Positions 1 to 9,965 of a stretch of DNA of 64,000 bases are shown piece after piece (within the stretch, counting starts at the first letter, position 1; each line of letters opens with the position of its first letter). Both the position numbers and the translations under genes were made by a program. Source of the DNA: Thermodesulfobacteriota bacterium (GTDB taxonomy: Bacteria > Desulfobacterota_D > UBA1144 > Nemesobacterales > UBA2774); assembly GCA_965223335.1 (NCBI GenBank), contig OZ244991.1, positions 928,001 through 992,000 of the forward strand, given 5' to 3'. The notes under the pieces are model-generated. The model ran no database searches, was not told the origin of the DNA, and saw only the letters and a list, made by a program, of their open reading frames with translations.

Positions 1-2
1 TA

Positions 3-773
3 ACAAACGGCAAGGTCTATGTATCCAACAATAACCTGGGCGACTCGTTTAACCCTATGGGCAACGGATTTATTACGGTTATCAATGCTTCCAACAATCT
101 AATTATTAAGACAATAAGCACCTCAGGTGCAAACACCACAAGCATGGCGGTTGTAAACGGCAGCCTATATGCACTTAACAACGGCAATGTTTTCTTCAAT
201 CCCGCAAGCGGGTTTCAGTGCGACTTCGGGTTCCCTCCGTCAATCGACCTTATTAACACACAAACCGATGTAGTTGCTTCTACGATCAATATCCCGCTGA
301 GCCTTGCAAATCCCACGATCTGTTTGCCAAGCTCTATCACCCCGACAGAAGACGGCAGGTTCGCATACACGGGGCTTGGACTTGTCGGAGGGCTCTTAAA
401 AATTGACCTCTTTTTGGGCACCGTCGTTAATGGTACCGACGATCCTATATTCATTACAGACCCCGAGACATTCAACAGCACCTCTGACATTGCTATTCGT
501 AACGGTCTATTGTTCACAACACTTTTTAATAGCGATCAGATTGCTGTGGTAGACACAACCAACGACCAGGTTAACCCGTTTCCCTATTTTGTTCCATTCC
601 CCTCAGGCATACGCGCCGACGATCCCAACTCAATACTCTTCGACGGTGTGCAGTCATTGGCGGTCCGCGACGGTGTACCGGGGGTTGATTTCATCGGGCC
701 TAACCTTTTTTACATCACAGGGATAAGCGAGCAGCTTGGCTCGGTAGACACAACGCTTGGAATTCCGCAGTAG
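3..773 (+). CDS. YncE/BtuG-like beta-propeller surface protein, 5'-truncated
   Basis: Frame is open from base 3 (TNGKVYVSNNN...). YVTN-like blade motifs (KVYVSN, ITVIN, IAVVDT); first gene of a cobalamin/iron ABC uptake operon. Confidence 0.6.
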   Translation, partial: TNGKVYVSNNNLGDSFNPMGNGFITVINASNNLIIKTISTSGANTTSMAVVNGSLYALNNGNVFFNPASGFQCDFGFPPSIDLINTQTDVVASTINIPLSLANPTICLPSSITPTEDGRFAYTGLGLVGGLLKIDLFLGTVVNGTDDPIFITDPETFNSTSDIAIRNGLLFTTLFNSDQIAVVDTTNDQVNPFPYFVPFPSGIRADDPNSILFDGVQSLAVRDGVPGVDFIGPNLFYITGISEQLGSVDTTLGIPQ

Positions 774-864
774 AGGCTATGGTTAGTAAAGTTATTTCAT
801 TGTATAGTGCAGATAGGATTAATCATATTTGAGATTATATAAATCAATAGTGCGAGGTGCGTAG

Positions 865-1812
865 GTGCGTATATGCTCATTTCTTCCAAGTACGACAGAG
901 ATACTCTATGAGTTGGGACTCGGTGAAAATATCGTAGGTGTGACCCATGAGTGCGACTATCCCCCCGAGGCCAGGGATAAAAGACGAGTGATTATGAGCT
1001 TCATTGACCCCTCGACTCTGTCTAGTCGCGAGATCGATGATCTGGTAAGCAAAAACGCCGAGGAATCAAAGAGCACCTACCTCATAAAAAACGATGCCTT
1101 GGCCGAGGCTAAGCCCGACGTCATCTTTACACAGGAACTCTGTGAGGTGTGCGCCGTGTCGGGCAACGAGGTCAAAAGGGCTGTGGAGGTTCTAGGCTAT
1201 GACCCCGTAATAGTGTCGCTCGAACCAATAACCTTGGGAGACGTGCTGGATACAATAGGCGTGATAGGTGAGGTAACCGAGACAGTTGATAAAGCCCGGG
1301 AAGTCCAATCGGCACTTGGATCCAGAGTAGACCGGGTCAGGTCACGGCTTGAGGACGAGAGAGACCGCCCCAGGGTGTTTTGCCTGAAGTGGCTCGACCC
1401 TCCCTACGTTGCGGGGCACTGGGTACCAGATATGGTCGAGATCGCAGGTGGCGAAGCGGGGTTGTGTAAGCCCGGGGAGCCTTCGTTTAAAACCACCTGG
1501 GGCGATATAGAGGACTTTGCCCCCCACATATTGATCATAATGCCCTGCGGCTACGATATTGAAAAAACTATGGGTGAGGTAGAGACGCTAAGCACTCACG
1601 ATGAATGGTTCTCACTACCTGCAAACCGAAGGGGTGAGATCTATATAGTCGATGCTAACTCATACTTTAGCCGTCCTGGGCCGCGGCTAGTGGACGGGCT
1701 CGAGATACTCGCCAAGATCATTCATCCCGAGGAGATGAAGTCATACGACCCGCCCCCAAACTCGGTACTAAACCTAAGGAACTATATGCACCTGGAATCA
1801 TTTTTAGGATGA
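865..1812 (+). CDS. Cobalamin-binding/helical-backbone ABC substrate-binding protein, no signal peptide
   Basis: RICSFLPSTTEILYELG, VGVTHECDYP, FSRPGPRLVDGLE motifs of the BtuF-like family; GTG start with GAGGTG upstream. Confidence 0.85.
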   Translation: MRICSFLPSTTEILYELGLGENIVGVTHECDYPPEARDKRRVIMSFIDPSTLSSREIDDLVSKNAEESKSTYLIKNDALAEAKPDVIFTQELCEVCAVSGNEVKRAVEVLGYDPVIVSLEPITLGDVLDTIGVIGEVTETVDKAREVQSALGSRVDRVRSRLEDERDRPRVFCLKWLDPPYVAGHWVPDMVEIAGGEAGLCKPGEPSFKTTWGDIEDFAPHILIIMPCGYDIEKTMGEVETLSTHDEWFSLPANRRGEIYIVDANSYFSRPGPRLVDGLEILAKIIHPEEMKSYDPPPNSVLNLRNYMHLESFLG

Positions 1813-1815
1813 ACC

Positions 1816-2700
1816 ATGAGAAAATTTTATAGGCTCATAGCCCCTTTCTTACTTATCCTGCTACTCCTATGCAGCAGAGCTGCATACTCCGGCGAGAGCC
1901 CCGCACGCATAGTATCGCTCTCACCCAACCTTACTCAGATAGTCTGGGGTCTCGGCAAAGGTGACAACATCGTAGGGGTGACTATATTCTCAGAGATTCC
2001 CCCCGAAACAAAATCGCTCCCGAAAATAGGAGGCTGGGTAAACCCGAACCACGAAGCCATACTGGCACTCAAACCCGACATCGTGCTGCTTATGAAAGAC
2101 CAGGACACAATGTTCGGCGACAAACTCCGCCGCCTGGGTTTAAACACCCGTGTGTTAACCAACAACCAATCCATAGAGAACATTTACGAATCCATAGCCG
2201 AACTCGGCCAGATTCTCGGCTGCGAAGACAATGCCCAAGCAATGGTAAAAGAGATCCAAGAACAGTTAAAGGAGATTCGGTTCGCTACTTCACAACAATC
2301 TCCCAAGCGAGTATTGATTGTGATAGGCAGAAACCCGGGCACACTTGAAGACATCTACGTAGTCGGCTCCAATAACTACATCGACGAGCTTTTAACCCTA
2401 GCGGGCGGCATTAATGTTGTGGATCATAAGCGCACAGCCTTAAAGATAACAAAAGAGGCCATAATGGATTACGACCCTGAGATTATAATTGAGATCAACC
2501 ATAACAACGAGGAGTTAACAGACCGGATTGAAAAGATCTGGGGCGAGCTAAGCGGCAGCAAGGCAGTAGCTCGGGGACAGCTATATGTGCTCCCTAGCAC
2601 ACTGGTTCTTCATCCCAGCCAAAGGATTACACTGGGTGCCAAGGTGCTTGCCGATATAATCCACCCCGAACTAAACAATAACAATGCAAAAACTGATTGA
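1816..2700 (+). CDS. btuF: BtuF-like periplasmic cobalamin/iron-chelate binding protein
   Basis: Signal peptide; RIVSLSPNLT, PNHEAILALKPD motifs. Confidence 0.8.
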   Translation: MRKFYRLIAPFLLILLLLCSRAAYSGESPARIVSLSPNLTQIVWGLGKGDNIVGVTIFSEIPPETKSLPKIGGWVNPNHEAILALKPDIVLLMKDQDTMFGDKLRRLGLNTRVLTNNQSIENIYESIAELGQILGCEDNAQAMVKEIQEQLKEIRFATSQQSPKRVLIVIGRNPGTLEDIYVVGSNNYIDELLTLAGGINVVDHKRTALKITKEAIMDYDPEIIIEINHNNEELTDRIEKIWGELSGSKAVARGQLYVLPSTLVLHPSQRITLGAKVLADIIHPELNNNNAKTD

Positions 2701-3457
2701 GTGTGTGGATCTGGGGTTTGCGTTTGATGACTCACCCGTTATATCCGACGTTAATATATCGGTAGAGGATAAAAGTGCGGTGGGCATCCTGGGCGCAAAC
2801 GGGGCGGGTAAATCGACACTGTTGAAACTCTTGTCTGGAATACTCTATGCAAAGAACGGCTATGTGCTGCTGGACAACACCGATATAAAAAAAATAGAGC
2901 CGAGAGAAAGGGCAAAGATCATATCCTATGTGCCCCAGCTACCGCTCTATGCATTCCCGTTTAGTGTATTGGAGGTAGTGCTGTTGGGCCGTGCCCCATA
3001 TGTCGGGCGGTTCGAGTATGAAGGTGCCCGAGACCGCGAGATCGCACTCGGGAGCATGGAAACCGTGGGTATCTCACATCTTAAAGATAGGCTCATCACA
3101 GAGCTCTCAGGGGGTGAGCGGCAACTCGTGTCTCTGGCACGGGCTTTGGCTCAGGACCCAAGGATCATGATCCTCGACGAACCCGCAACTTTTTTAGACA
3201 TTAAACACAAAACTAAAATTATCGAGATTCTACGGAGGCTAAAAGAACAAAGAGAGATCTCTATCGTTACTACTACTCACGACATCTTTTCGGGTCTTGG
3301 GTTCTTCGACAGAGTAATGCTATTGAAAAACGGCAGAATTATCGCAAACGGGCCTGTGAACGAGGTCATATCTGACGAAAACCTAAGCATGGTCTACGAC
3401 ACTCCGGTAACTGTAAAGAGGGAAAACGATGCAACATATGTATTGCCTGTTAACTAA
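2684..3457 (+). CDS. Cobalamin/iron-siderophore ABC transporter ATP-binding protein
   Basis: Walker A GANGAGKST, signature LSGGERQ, Walker B ILDEP. Confidence 0.92.
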   Translation: MQKLIECVDLGFAFDDSPVISDVNISVEDKSAVGILGANGAGKSTLLKLLSGILYAKNGYVLLDNTDIKKIEPRERAKIISYVPQLPLYAFPFSVLEVVLLGRAPYVGRFEYEGARDREIALGSMETVGISHLKDRLITELSGGERQLVSLARALAQDPRIMILDEPATFLDIKHKTKIIEILRRLKEQREISIVTTTHDIFSGLGFFDRVMLLKNGRIIANGPVNEVISDENLSMVYDTPVTVKRENDATYVLPVN

Positions 3458-3481
3458 CAGTTCTGCTTGGTGCCGATTCAA

Positions 3482-4480
3482 ATGATACTGAGAAATATAT
3501 ACGTCTCCCTGCTCGTGCTTTTTGTGCTGTGGCTAGCAGTCGCCCTTGTTTCGCTCATGCTGGGCAGCTATAACTTGAGCCTCTCAGAGCTGCTCTCGCC
3601 CACTAACGATATATCAAGGACAATACTCTACAAGGTCAGGCTTCCCCGGGTGCTGATGGCAAGCATCGCGGGGGGCACACTAGCAATCACGGGTGCCGCA
3701 CTACAGGCGCTATTTCGAAATCCCCTCGCTTCACCCTACACCCTCGGGATATCAGGGGGGGCTTCCATGGGTGCATTCATTGCAATCCGCCTCGGTATTG
3801 CAGGGGGCATACTCGGATTTTCGGCAGTTTCCGCATCCGCGTTCGTATTCTCATTGCTTACCATGATTTTTGTCTACTCCGTATCCAAAGTGGGCGGTGT
3901 AGTTGCGACCGGCAGACTCCTACTTGCAGGGGTAGTGGTAAACTTCCTTTACTCCTCCCTAATAATGTTCATCCAGTTTTTCTCTACCTTTACCGAGTCG
4001 CTCTTAACGATGAAATGGATAATGGGCAGCCTAGATATTGTAGGATTCGGACTGGTCTGGAAATCACTTATCTTCGTGATCCCCACATCCGTGTTAATTG
4101 TGCTCATGAGCAAGGATATGAACCTGTTTGGTCTCGGAGACGATGTAGCAACATCACTCGGTACAGACGTACGTAGGTTAGAGAAGATGATCTACTTTGC
4201 AGCGTCCCTAGCCATAAGTGCCGTAATATCGGTAACCGGCCCGATCGGGTTCATCGGGCTCATTGTGCCTCATATACTACGTATGATAGTTGGGGTGGAT
4301 AACAGATTGATAGTGCCCTGTTCGTTTTTGTTGGGGGCTACATTCCTTACAGCGGCAGATACCGTGTCTAGAACGCTTTTGAGTCCTGCGGAAATACCTG
4401 TTGGTATAATTACTGCTTCTATAGGCGGGATTTTCTTCCTCTGGCTACTAACCCGTACCAAGAAAGAAATAATAATATAG
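3482..4480 (+). CDS. FecCD/BtuC family ABC permease
   Basis: VRLPR, LFRNPLASPYTLGISGGA, GPIGFIGLIVPH motifs; start may be TTG at 3467. Confidence 0.92.
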   Translation: MILRNIYVSLLVLFVLWLAVALVSLMLGSYNLSLSELLSPTNDISRTILYKVRLPRVLMASIAGGTLAITGAALQALFRNPLASPYTLGISGGASMGAFIAIRLGIAGGILGFSAVSASAFVFSLLTMIFVYSVSKVGGVVATGRLLLAGVVVNFLYSSLIMFIQFFSTFTESLLTMKWIMGSLDIVGFGLVWKSLIFVIPTSVLIVLMSKDMNLFGLGDDVATSLGTDVRRLEKMIYFAASLAISAVISVTGPIGFIGLIVPHILRMIVGVDNRLIVPCSFLLGATFLTAADTVSRTLLSPAEIPVGIITASIGGIFFLWLLTRTKKEIII

Positions 4481-4484
4481 ATAA

Positions 4485-4530
4485 TAGAGTAAAGCCGAAC
4501 GGGAGATCTAGTCCCCTCGGCTCTACTCTA
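4485..4530. terminator. Hairpin between convergent genes, probable bidirectional terminator
   Basis: Imperfect inverted repeat TAGAGTA-AAGCCGA-ACGGGA ... TCCC-CTCGGCT-CTACTCTA. Confidence 0.6.
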
Positions 4531-4538
4531 AATTATTT

Positions 4539-4838
4539 TTATTTTGGCGGCTCTGCAGATTTAAACGGATCTACCTCGCCTCCGGACTCAGCCGGTGCTG
4601 GAGGTTCCGATTCTGCCGCTGCCGGGGCTTCCGCTGCCGGCGGGGCACCTTGTGGGGCTGCTTGTGCTGATACAAATGGATCAGCCGCAGCTTCGCCTCC
4701 GGATTCAGATGGCGGGGGCGGGGGTGGTGCGTCCGGTGCACTATCCGCTTGGGCCCCTCCCTGCTCTCCCTGCATGAAGTACCACACAATTATGCCTAGA
4801 ACTACTACAACAAAAATAACAACCGCTAATGTCTGCAT
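4539..4838 (-). CDS. Small N-terminally anchored Pro/Ala/Glu-rich protein
   Basis: AGGAGG RBS; single TM helix followed by a low-complexity tail with two ESGGE...DPF repeats. Confidence 0.75.
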   Translation of the reverse strand: MQTLAVVIFVVVVLGIIVWYFMQGEQGGAQADSAPDAPPPPPPSESGGEAAADPFVSAQAAPQGAPPAAEAPAAAESEPPAPAESGGEVDPFKSAEPPK

Positions 4839-4963
4839 TCCGATTCCTCCTAATGATTTTGAACGTTTTTCAAGTCAATCCTTACCCAAACCTAATTAAT
4901 CAGACGCTAGGTGCATCAAACTGCCTAATATGGTCTGCATTTTCCCCATAAGCCAATAAATTG

Positions 4964-4993
4964 ATACTAATAAATTTTATAGTGGTATGTCAA
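4964..4993 (-). promoter_or_regulatory. sigma70-type promoter for the small Pro-rich gene
   Basis: TTGACA-18 nt-TAGTAT on the minus strand. Confidence 0.5.
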
Positions 4994-5078
4994 GAGATAA
5001 TTGATCACAAAACAGGGGTGCTAATTCTTCGTGTATATTATTGTTTCTCGAATAAACTGTTTTGAAATAATCAGATCG

Positions 5079-5489
5079 ATGACTTTTGCCACGGAAATAG
5101 AGCTTGCTTTAGACCACATCGATAGCGGTTGTATAGCCGAAATAATCGATGACAGGACCACTCTGATTTATAAGTGTCCCGACCATTTTCAAGACAAGTG
5201 GGACAACGATAAGCAGTTCGACTACGACTTTGACTTGATATTAAAAGACGAATTCCCCTCACTCGGCTTTTATATCAATGTAGATTTCGGCCACAATGCA
5301 ATCGAGCGTATCGAGTATTTTTTCAGCCTTGAATCCCCCGATGAGCTCTTAGCTCTTAGACAGCTAAGTACCCAAGATAGTTTTGATATCGTATTTTGGA
5401 TGAATGCGCAGCTCAATTACAACACAATTACATTTACCCCGGCAAAGAAAAACAAGCTCATTAACTTGCTTAACTCAATCAATAAATAG
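5079..5489 (+). CDS. Hypothetical protein
   Basis: Acidic globular-looking ORF filling the gap before fabH; start at 5079 (ATG) or 5031 (GTG). Confidence 0.65.
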   Translation: MTFATEIELALDHIDSGCIAEIIDDRTTLIYKCPDHFQDKWDNDKQFDYDFDLILKDEFPSLGFYINVDFGHNAIERIEYFFSLESPDELLALRQLSTQDSFDIVFWMNAQLNYNTITFTPAKKNKLINLLNSINK

Positions 5490-5490
5490 T

Positions 5491-5519
5491 TTGACAAAAC
5501 CACATGGTTACCCGATAAT
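5491..5519 (+). promoter_or_regulatory. sigma70 promoter of fabH with a palindrome in the spacer
   Basis: TTGACA-17 nt-GATAAT; AACCACATGGTT at 5498-5509. Confidence 0.65.
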
Positions 5520-5554
5520 ATCTTTTAAACTCATTTCCGGAGTATGAGATACCA

Positions 5555-6535
5555 TTGAACTTTGTTAGCTTCCTGGGCATAGGTTCATCAGCGCCCGAAA
5601 AGGTTCTATCAAACCATGATTTTGAACAGATCGTAGACACCTCAGATGAATGGATACGTACCAGGACCGGTATATTAGAAAGAAAAATTGCCGATCCCGA
5701 CGTTGCCACATCCGACCTTGCCTACGAAGCCGCTTTGAAGGCACTGGAAGAGGCATCGATGGACCCTAAGGACTTAGACGGGGTTATAGTAGGCACGATA
5801 ACCCCCGACCATTTCTTCCCGTCCACAGCATGTATACTGCAGGACAAAATAGGGGCCACTAACGCCTATGCTTTTGATCTGCTGGCAGGTTGCTCCGGCT
5901 ATCTCTATGCGCTTCACGTGGGAAAGAGCTTAATTGAAAGCGGGAGTGCCAAGAACCTGCTTGTCGTTGGGGCGGAAACTCTTTCAAAAATAATGGATTT
6001 CAAAGACAGAACCACCTGCATACTGTTTGGCGATGGTGCAGGGGCCTCTGTGCTATCCGCATCCGACACCCCGGGACTATTGTCCTCGTGCCTGGGTGCA
6101 AACGGCAGTGCCGGCGACTTATTGCATATGCCCGGAGGCGGTTCACGTATGCCCGCCACCGTAGAGAGCGTGGAGAACAACTGCCACTACCTAAAGATGC
6201 AGGGCCGCGATGTGTTTAAAGAAGCTGTGAAGGCGCTTCAGTCTTCATCATTGGAAGCAATCGAGAAGGCAGACCTCACCCCCGAGCAGGTAGACCTATT
6301 CATACCCCACCAGGCCAACTACAGAATCCTAGAGGCGGTAAGAAAGAGGGTAGGTCTTCCCGAAGAAAAGGTTTTCAGCAACCTCGATAAGTATGGAAAT
6401 ACCTCTTCTGCATCCGTACCCATTGCGCTGGATGAAGCAGTTAAAGAGGGCCGTATAAAAAGCGGCGACACAGTACTCTTTACCGCATTTGGCGCAGGGT
6501 TCACATGGGGCGCTGCGGTTACCAGATGGGCCTAA
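5555..6535 (+). CDS. fabH: 3-oxoacyl-ACP synthase III
   Basis: DTSDEWIRTRTGI, AGCSG, HQAN, YGNTSSAS, FGAGFTWG. Confidence 0.97.
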   Translation: MNFVSFLGIGSSAPEKVLSNHDFEQIVDTSDEWIRTRTGILERKIADPDVATSDLAYEAALKALEEASMDPKDLDGVIVGTITPDHFFPSTACILQDKIGATNAYAFDLLAGCSGYLYALHVGKSLIESGSAKNLLVVGAETLSKIMDFKDRTTCILFGDGAGASVLSASDTPGLLSSCLGANGSAGDLLHMPGGGSRMPATVESVENNCHYLKMQGRDVFKEAVKALQSSSLEAIEKADLTPEQVDLFIPHQANYRILEAVRKRVGLPEEKVFSNLDKYGNTSSASVPIALDEAVKEGRIKSGDTVLFTAFGAGFTWGAAVTRWA

Positions 6536-6691
6536 ACCACCGTTTAGATCCAATTAAAACTTAAATCCCGTCAATTCCCGACCACAACCATATTTCTAGA
6601 CCGGTTCTATAGATTAGTTTTATCTTAGGTACTATTACCGGCTAGTTTAGTTAATTTACCCAGTTGAAGGAGTCCCACGATCCTAACCGAA

Positions 6692-7555
6692 TTGATCAAC
6701 ATAGTTTTACCCGTGTTCCTGATTACAGCACTTGGGTTTGTGTTCGGCAGGTTTAAAAAAATCAATCTAAGCGCCATAAACGAGTTCGTAATCTACGCTG
6801 CGACACCCGCTTTGATCCTCTCCTCTCTCGCCGATGATCCCATCGATATCTCGCTTGCCGGCAAGGTATTTACAGCGGTTGTTATTATAATCGGCATAGC
6901 ATCTGTAATCGGTTATCTAATCATCAAAAACAGGGGCCTTTCAAACAGGGTATTTCTGCCCCCAGTGCTATTTGCCAACACCGGCAATATGGGTCTTCCT
7001 CTCGTGTTCTTTGCATTTGGCGAGAGGGGCTTCGATATCGGTATCCTCTACATGGTATCGACCACTTTCATCCATTACACATACGGCATATGGATACTAA
7101 ACGCCAGTAGAAACCCGGTTGAGATCCTAAAGTTACCCCTTATATATGCTACTGTAGCAGGTGTGGCAATAAGTGTGTCGGGATGGGAGATGCCCGTCTA
7201 TGTGGCAAGGGGAGTGGACCTTCTGGGCGAGGCCAGCATCCCCACCATGATATTTGCGCTTGGGTATAAGCTCTCCGAAATTAAGCTCCACCACATCGCC
7301 AGGTCGATTTTCTTCGGCGGGCTTAGGATTGGACTTGGACTAATGCTAGGCGTTTTAGTTGTGATGGCGCTAAAAATCGACGGTCTTGCGGCAAAGGTCG
7401 TTATACTCCAAGCAGCCATGCCCCCGGCGATATTCAACTTTGTCCTGGCAGACAAGTTTAAACAGGACTCACGAGAGGTCGCATCGATCATACTCGCCGG
7501 CACCCTGATCTCACTTGTCACCACTCCTCTGATACTCGCATACCTTTTGGAATAA
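6692..7555 (+). CDS. AEC (auxin efflux carrier) family transporter
   Basis: FANTGNMGLP and AAMPPA motifs; about 10 hydrophobic segments. Confidence 0.9.
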   Translation: MINIVLPVFLITALGFVFGRFKKINLSAINEFVIYAATPALILSSLADDPIDISLAGKVFTAVVIIIGIASVIGYLIIKNRGLSNRVFLPPVLFANTGNMGLPLVFFAFGERGFDIGILYMVSTTFIHYTYGIWILNASRNPVEILKLPLIYATVAGVAISVSGWEMPVYVARGVDLLGEASIPTMIFALGYKLSEIKLHHIARSIFFGGLRIGLGLMLGVLVVMALKIDGLAAKVVILQAAMPPAIFNFVLADKFKQDSREVASIILAGTLISLVTTPLILAYLLE

Positions 7556-7564
7556 GTGACCCGT

Positions 7565-8515
7565 TTATTCCACGCAGTCGACTTTAAACATCGGGACCCC
7601 GCCGCCATGAAACTCGGTGTTATACAAAAACCCCCTACCACCATTTAAGTATGCCACACTCTCCTGTTGGGGTAATAACTCCAACTGTACATTGTCATAG
7701 TCTTTGCCGCTGGTCATTTCTGAAATCGGTTTGATGAGACCATTCGACAGATCGATATTAAATACAATCGCGTCTTCATAGGTAAGCAACACAAAGCTTT
7801 TCCCGTCGGGCGATATGTCAAGTGAGCTTGCTACTTTGCCAAAGACCGTACTATGCGGTTGCAACGAGGGTATATCCAGTTTTCCTATTGACTGGGCTTC
7901 TATCACCTGCCCATTGCTCTTTTGCCACAGTTCGCTTTTTATCTTGAATATCTCCGAGGGAAAAGCCTTACCCTTGTTCAGGTCCTCTTCCTTGGTTGCT
8001 ATGTAAATATCGCCGTTGGGATGCACCGCCACACCCTCCGCATTCCTTGGGCCTCCGGGGTAGCGGATCTTAAGCACCTGATACGGCTGTATCGAATTCG
8101 GGTATTCATTTTTCTCGTCAATCACAATGATCTGTACATATTTCCTACGTTTGCCGTTATCACCGATATCCCCTATAAAGAGACAGCTCTTAGTGTTTCC
8201 ACAGGGCCCAATACTCAGATCCTCAAAGTCAGATCCCTTGGACGCATAATCCTTGATACGTATTTTCTTTGTATTTTGCCCTTTTGTGTCCGTTGTATAA
8301 AAATACGGACCCCCGCCGGAATCGTTTATATGATAGAGCCTGTCACTGAACGTGCTAGAGACCTCTAACCCACTCGCCTCGTTTATAATTTCGGGATTTA
8401 GCTCCCCTACCTTTACGGCTTTCGCCCACTCCCCACAACTCATAGCACCTACGTTTACTGGCAAGAGCATCGTTAAAAAGATTGCTATATAGAACAGATT
8501 TGAGATGATTTTAAT
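7565..8515 (-). CDS. Secreted beta-propeller-like hypothetical protein (SdiA-regulated/phytase-like esterase-type repeats)
   Basis: EASGL, INDSGG, DFEDL, IGDIGDN, NAEG, QQESV motifs; start extended to ATT at 8515 to give a signal peptide (ATG alternative at 8470). Confidence 0.65.
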   Translation of the reverse strand: MKIISNLFYIAIFLTMLLPVNVGAMSCGEWAKAVKVGELNPEIINEASGLEVSSTFSDRLYHINDSGGGPYFYTTDTKGQNTKKIRIKDYASKGSDFEDLSIGPCGNTKSCLFIGDIGDNGKRRKYVQIIVIDEKNEYPNSIQPYQVLKIRYPGGPRNAEGVAVHPNGDIYIATKEEDLNKGKAFPSEIFKIKSELWQKSNGQVIEAQSIGKLDIPSLQPHSTVFGKVASSLDISPDGKSFVLLTYEDAIVFNIDLSNGLIKPISEMTSGKDYDNVQLELLPQQESVAYLNGGRGFLYNTEFHGGGVPMFKVDCVE

Positions 8516-8630
8516 TTGTATATCTCCTATTATGGCAAGAGTAATCTAACTAATATAAATTTTACCTATATCATATATCAGGCAAAATAGAGATTCATAC
8601 TTAAGAATAGTAAGTAGGATCGCACCCTAA

Positions 8631-9917
8631 ATGTCTAGCGAAAAAATCACTGGCCAAAACGGCCCGCTCCGCGGAGAGATCAGCCCCCCTGGGGATAAGT
8701 CAATATCGCACCGCTCTCTTTTAATCGGCTCAATTGCCGAGGGGAGGACCACTGTAACAGGGTTCCTAAACTGTGAAGATACCCTATCGAGTGCAAACGC
8801 TATGCGAAGCCTTGGTATACCCATCGATATTATTAATGACCGCGTTATCATCGAGGGCAGGGGCTTACGAGGACTAACCGGCTATGACGGAGTTATAGAC
8901 GCTGGCAATTCAGGCACTACCGCACGACTCCTGACAGGCCTGCTAAGCCCTCAGAGTTTCGACTCACAGATCACCGGAGATAAGTACTTGCGGGCAAGGC
9001 CCATGAGTAGAGTCGTCACACCTCTCTCGCTCATGGGTGCCAGGATAAACGGCGAGGAGAACGACAATAAACTACCGCTAAGAATAGAGGGCACGCCGCT
9101 ACGCGCAATAACCTACGAACTCCCTGTGGCAAGTGCCCAGGTAAAATCCGCAATACTCCTAGCAGGGCTATACGCAGAGGGCCAAACCGTGGTTGTAGAG
9201 CCCTCTAAGTCGAGAGACCACACTGAGAGGATGCTAAGCTCAATGGGGGACACGCTTAAGGTCGAGAATAACACCATAACACTAGAGACAACCGACAGTT
9301 TAAAAGCGGTGGATATATCCGTGCCGGGTGATATCTCCTCTGCGGCTTTTTATATTGTAGGCGCTCTTATAAATAAGAACTCCGAGTTATTGATTAAAAA
9401 TGTCGGGTTAAACGAGCTTCGCACTGGTGTCTTAGACGTATTAAAGGACATGGGGGCAGACATAAACACTATAAATACAAAAACTCTCAATAACGAGCCG
9501 GTAGGTGACCTACTGGTAAAGTCGAGCAATTTAAAAGCCACGGTGATAGACGGTGATACCATACCACGTGCTATTGATGAACTGCCTGTAATCGCTGTCG
9601 CAGCGTGTTTTGCCGAGGGCAAAACGGTCATAAAAGACGCTCGAGAGCTTAGGGTAAAGGAGACCGACCGCATAGAGGCAATATCCACAGAATTAAACAA
9701 ACTGGGTGGCGAAGTAGAGGAGTTTGAAGACGGTATGTCCATTACCGGCACAGGTGAACTTAGGGGTGCGACATGTTCGAGCAGGGGTGACCACAGAATC
9801 GCAATGGCAATGGCTGTTGCAGCCACAGCTGCCGTGGGCGACACAGTCATAGAAGGGGCAGAGGCTGTTTCAGTGTCATATCCCAATTTCTTCAATGATT
9901 TAAAAAGCTTACGCTAG
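8631..9917 (+). CDS. aroA: 3-phosphoshikimate 1-carboxyvinyltransferase
   Basis: PGDKSISHR, GNSGTT, SAQVKSA, RDHTERM, ELRVKETDR, DHRIAM. Confidence 0.98.
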   Translation: MSSEKITGQNGPLRGEISPPGDKSISHRSLLIGSIAEGRTTVTGFLNCEDTLSSANAMRSLGIPIDIINDRVIIEGRGLRGLTGYDGVIDAGNSGTTARLLTGLLSPQSFDSQITGDKYLRARPMSRVVTPLSLMGARINGEENDNKLPLRIEGTPLRAITYELPVASAQVKSAILLAGLYAEGQTVVVEPSKSRDHTERMLSSMGDTLKVENNTITLETTDSLKAVDISVPGDISSAAFYIVGALINKNSELLIKNVGLNELRTGVLDVLKDMGADINTINTKTLNNEPVGDLLVKSSNLKATVIDGDTIPRAIDELPVIAVAACFAEGKTVIKDARELRVKETDRIEAISTELNKLGGEVEEFEDGMSITGTGELRGATCSSRGDHRIAMAMAVAATAAVGDTVIEGAEAVSVSYPNFFNDLKSLR

Positions 9918-9965
9918 CTCTACACGGAACATTTTGCCAATGCAGCTCGATACTATAATCCGATC

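Noticed and set aside
774..864. Cobalamin riboswitch inside the uptake operon
   Set aside because: Gap is too short and lacks the GGGAA/B12-box motifs.
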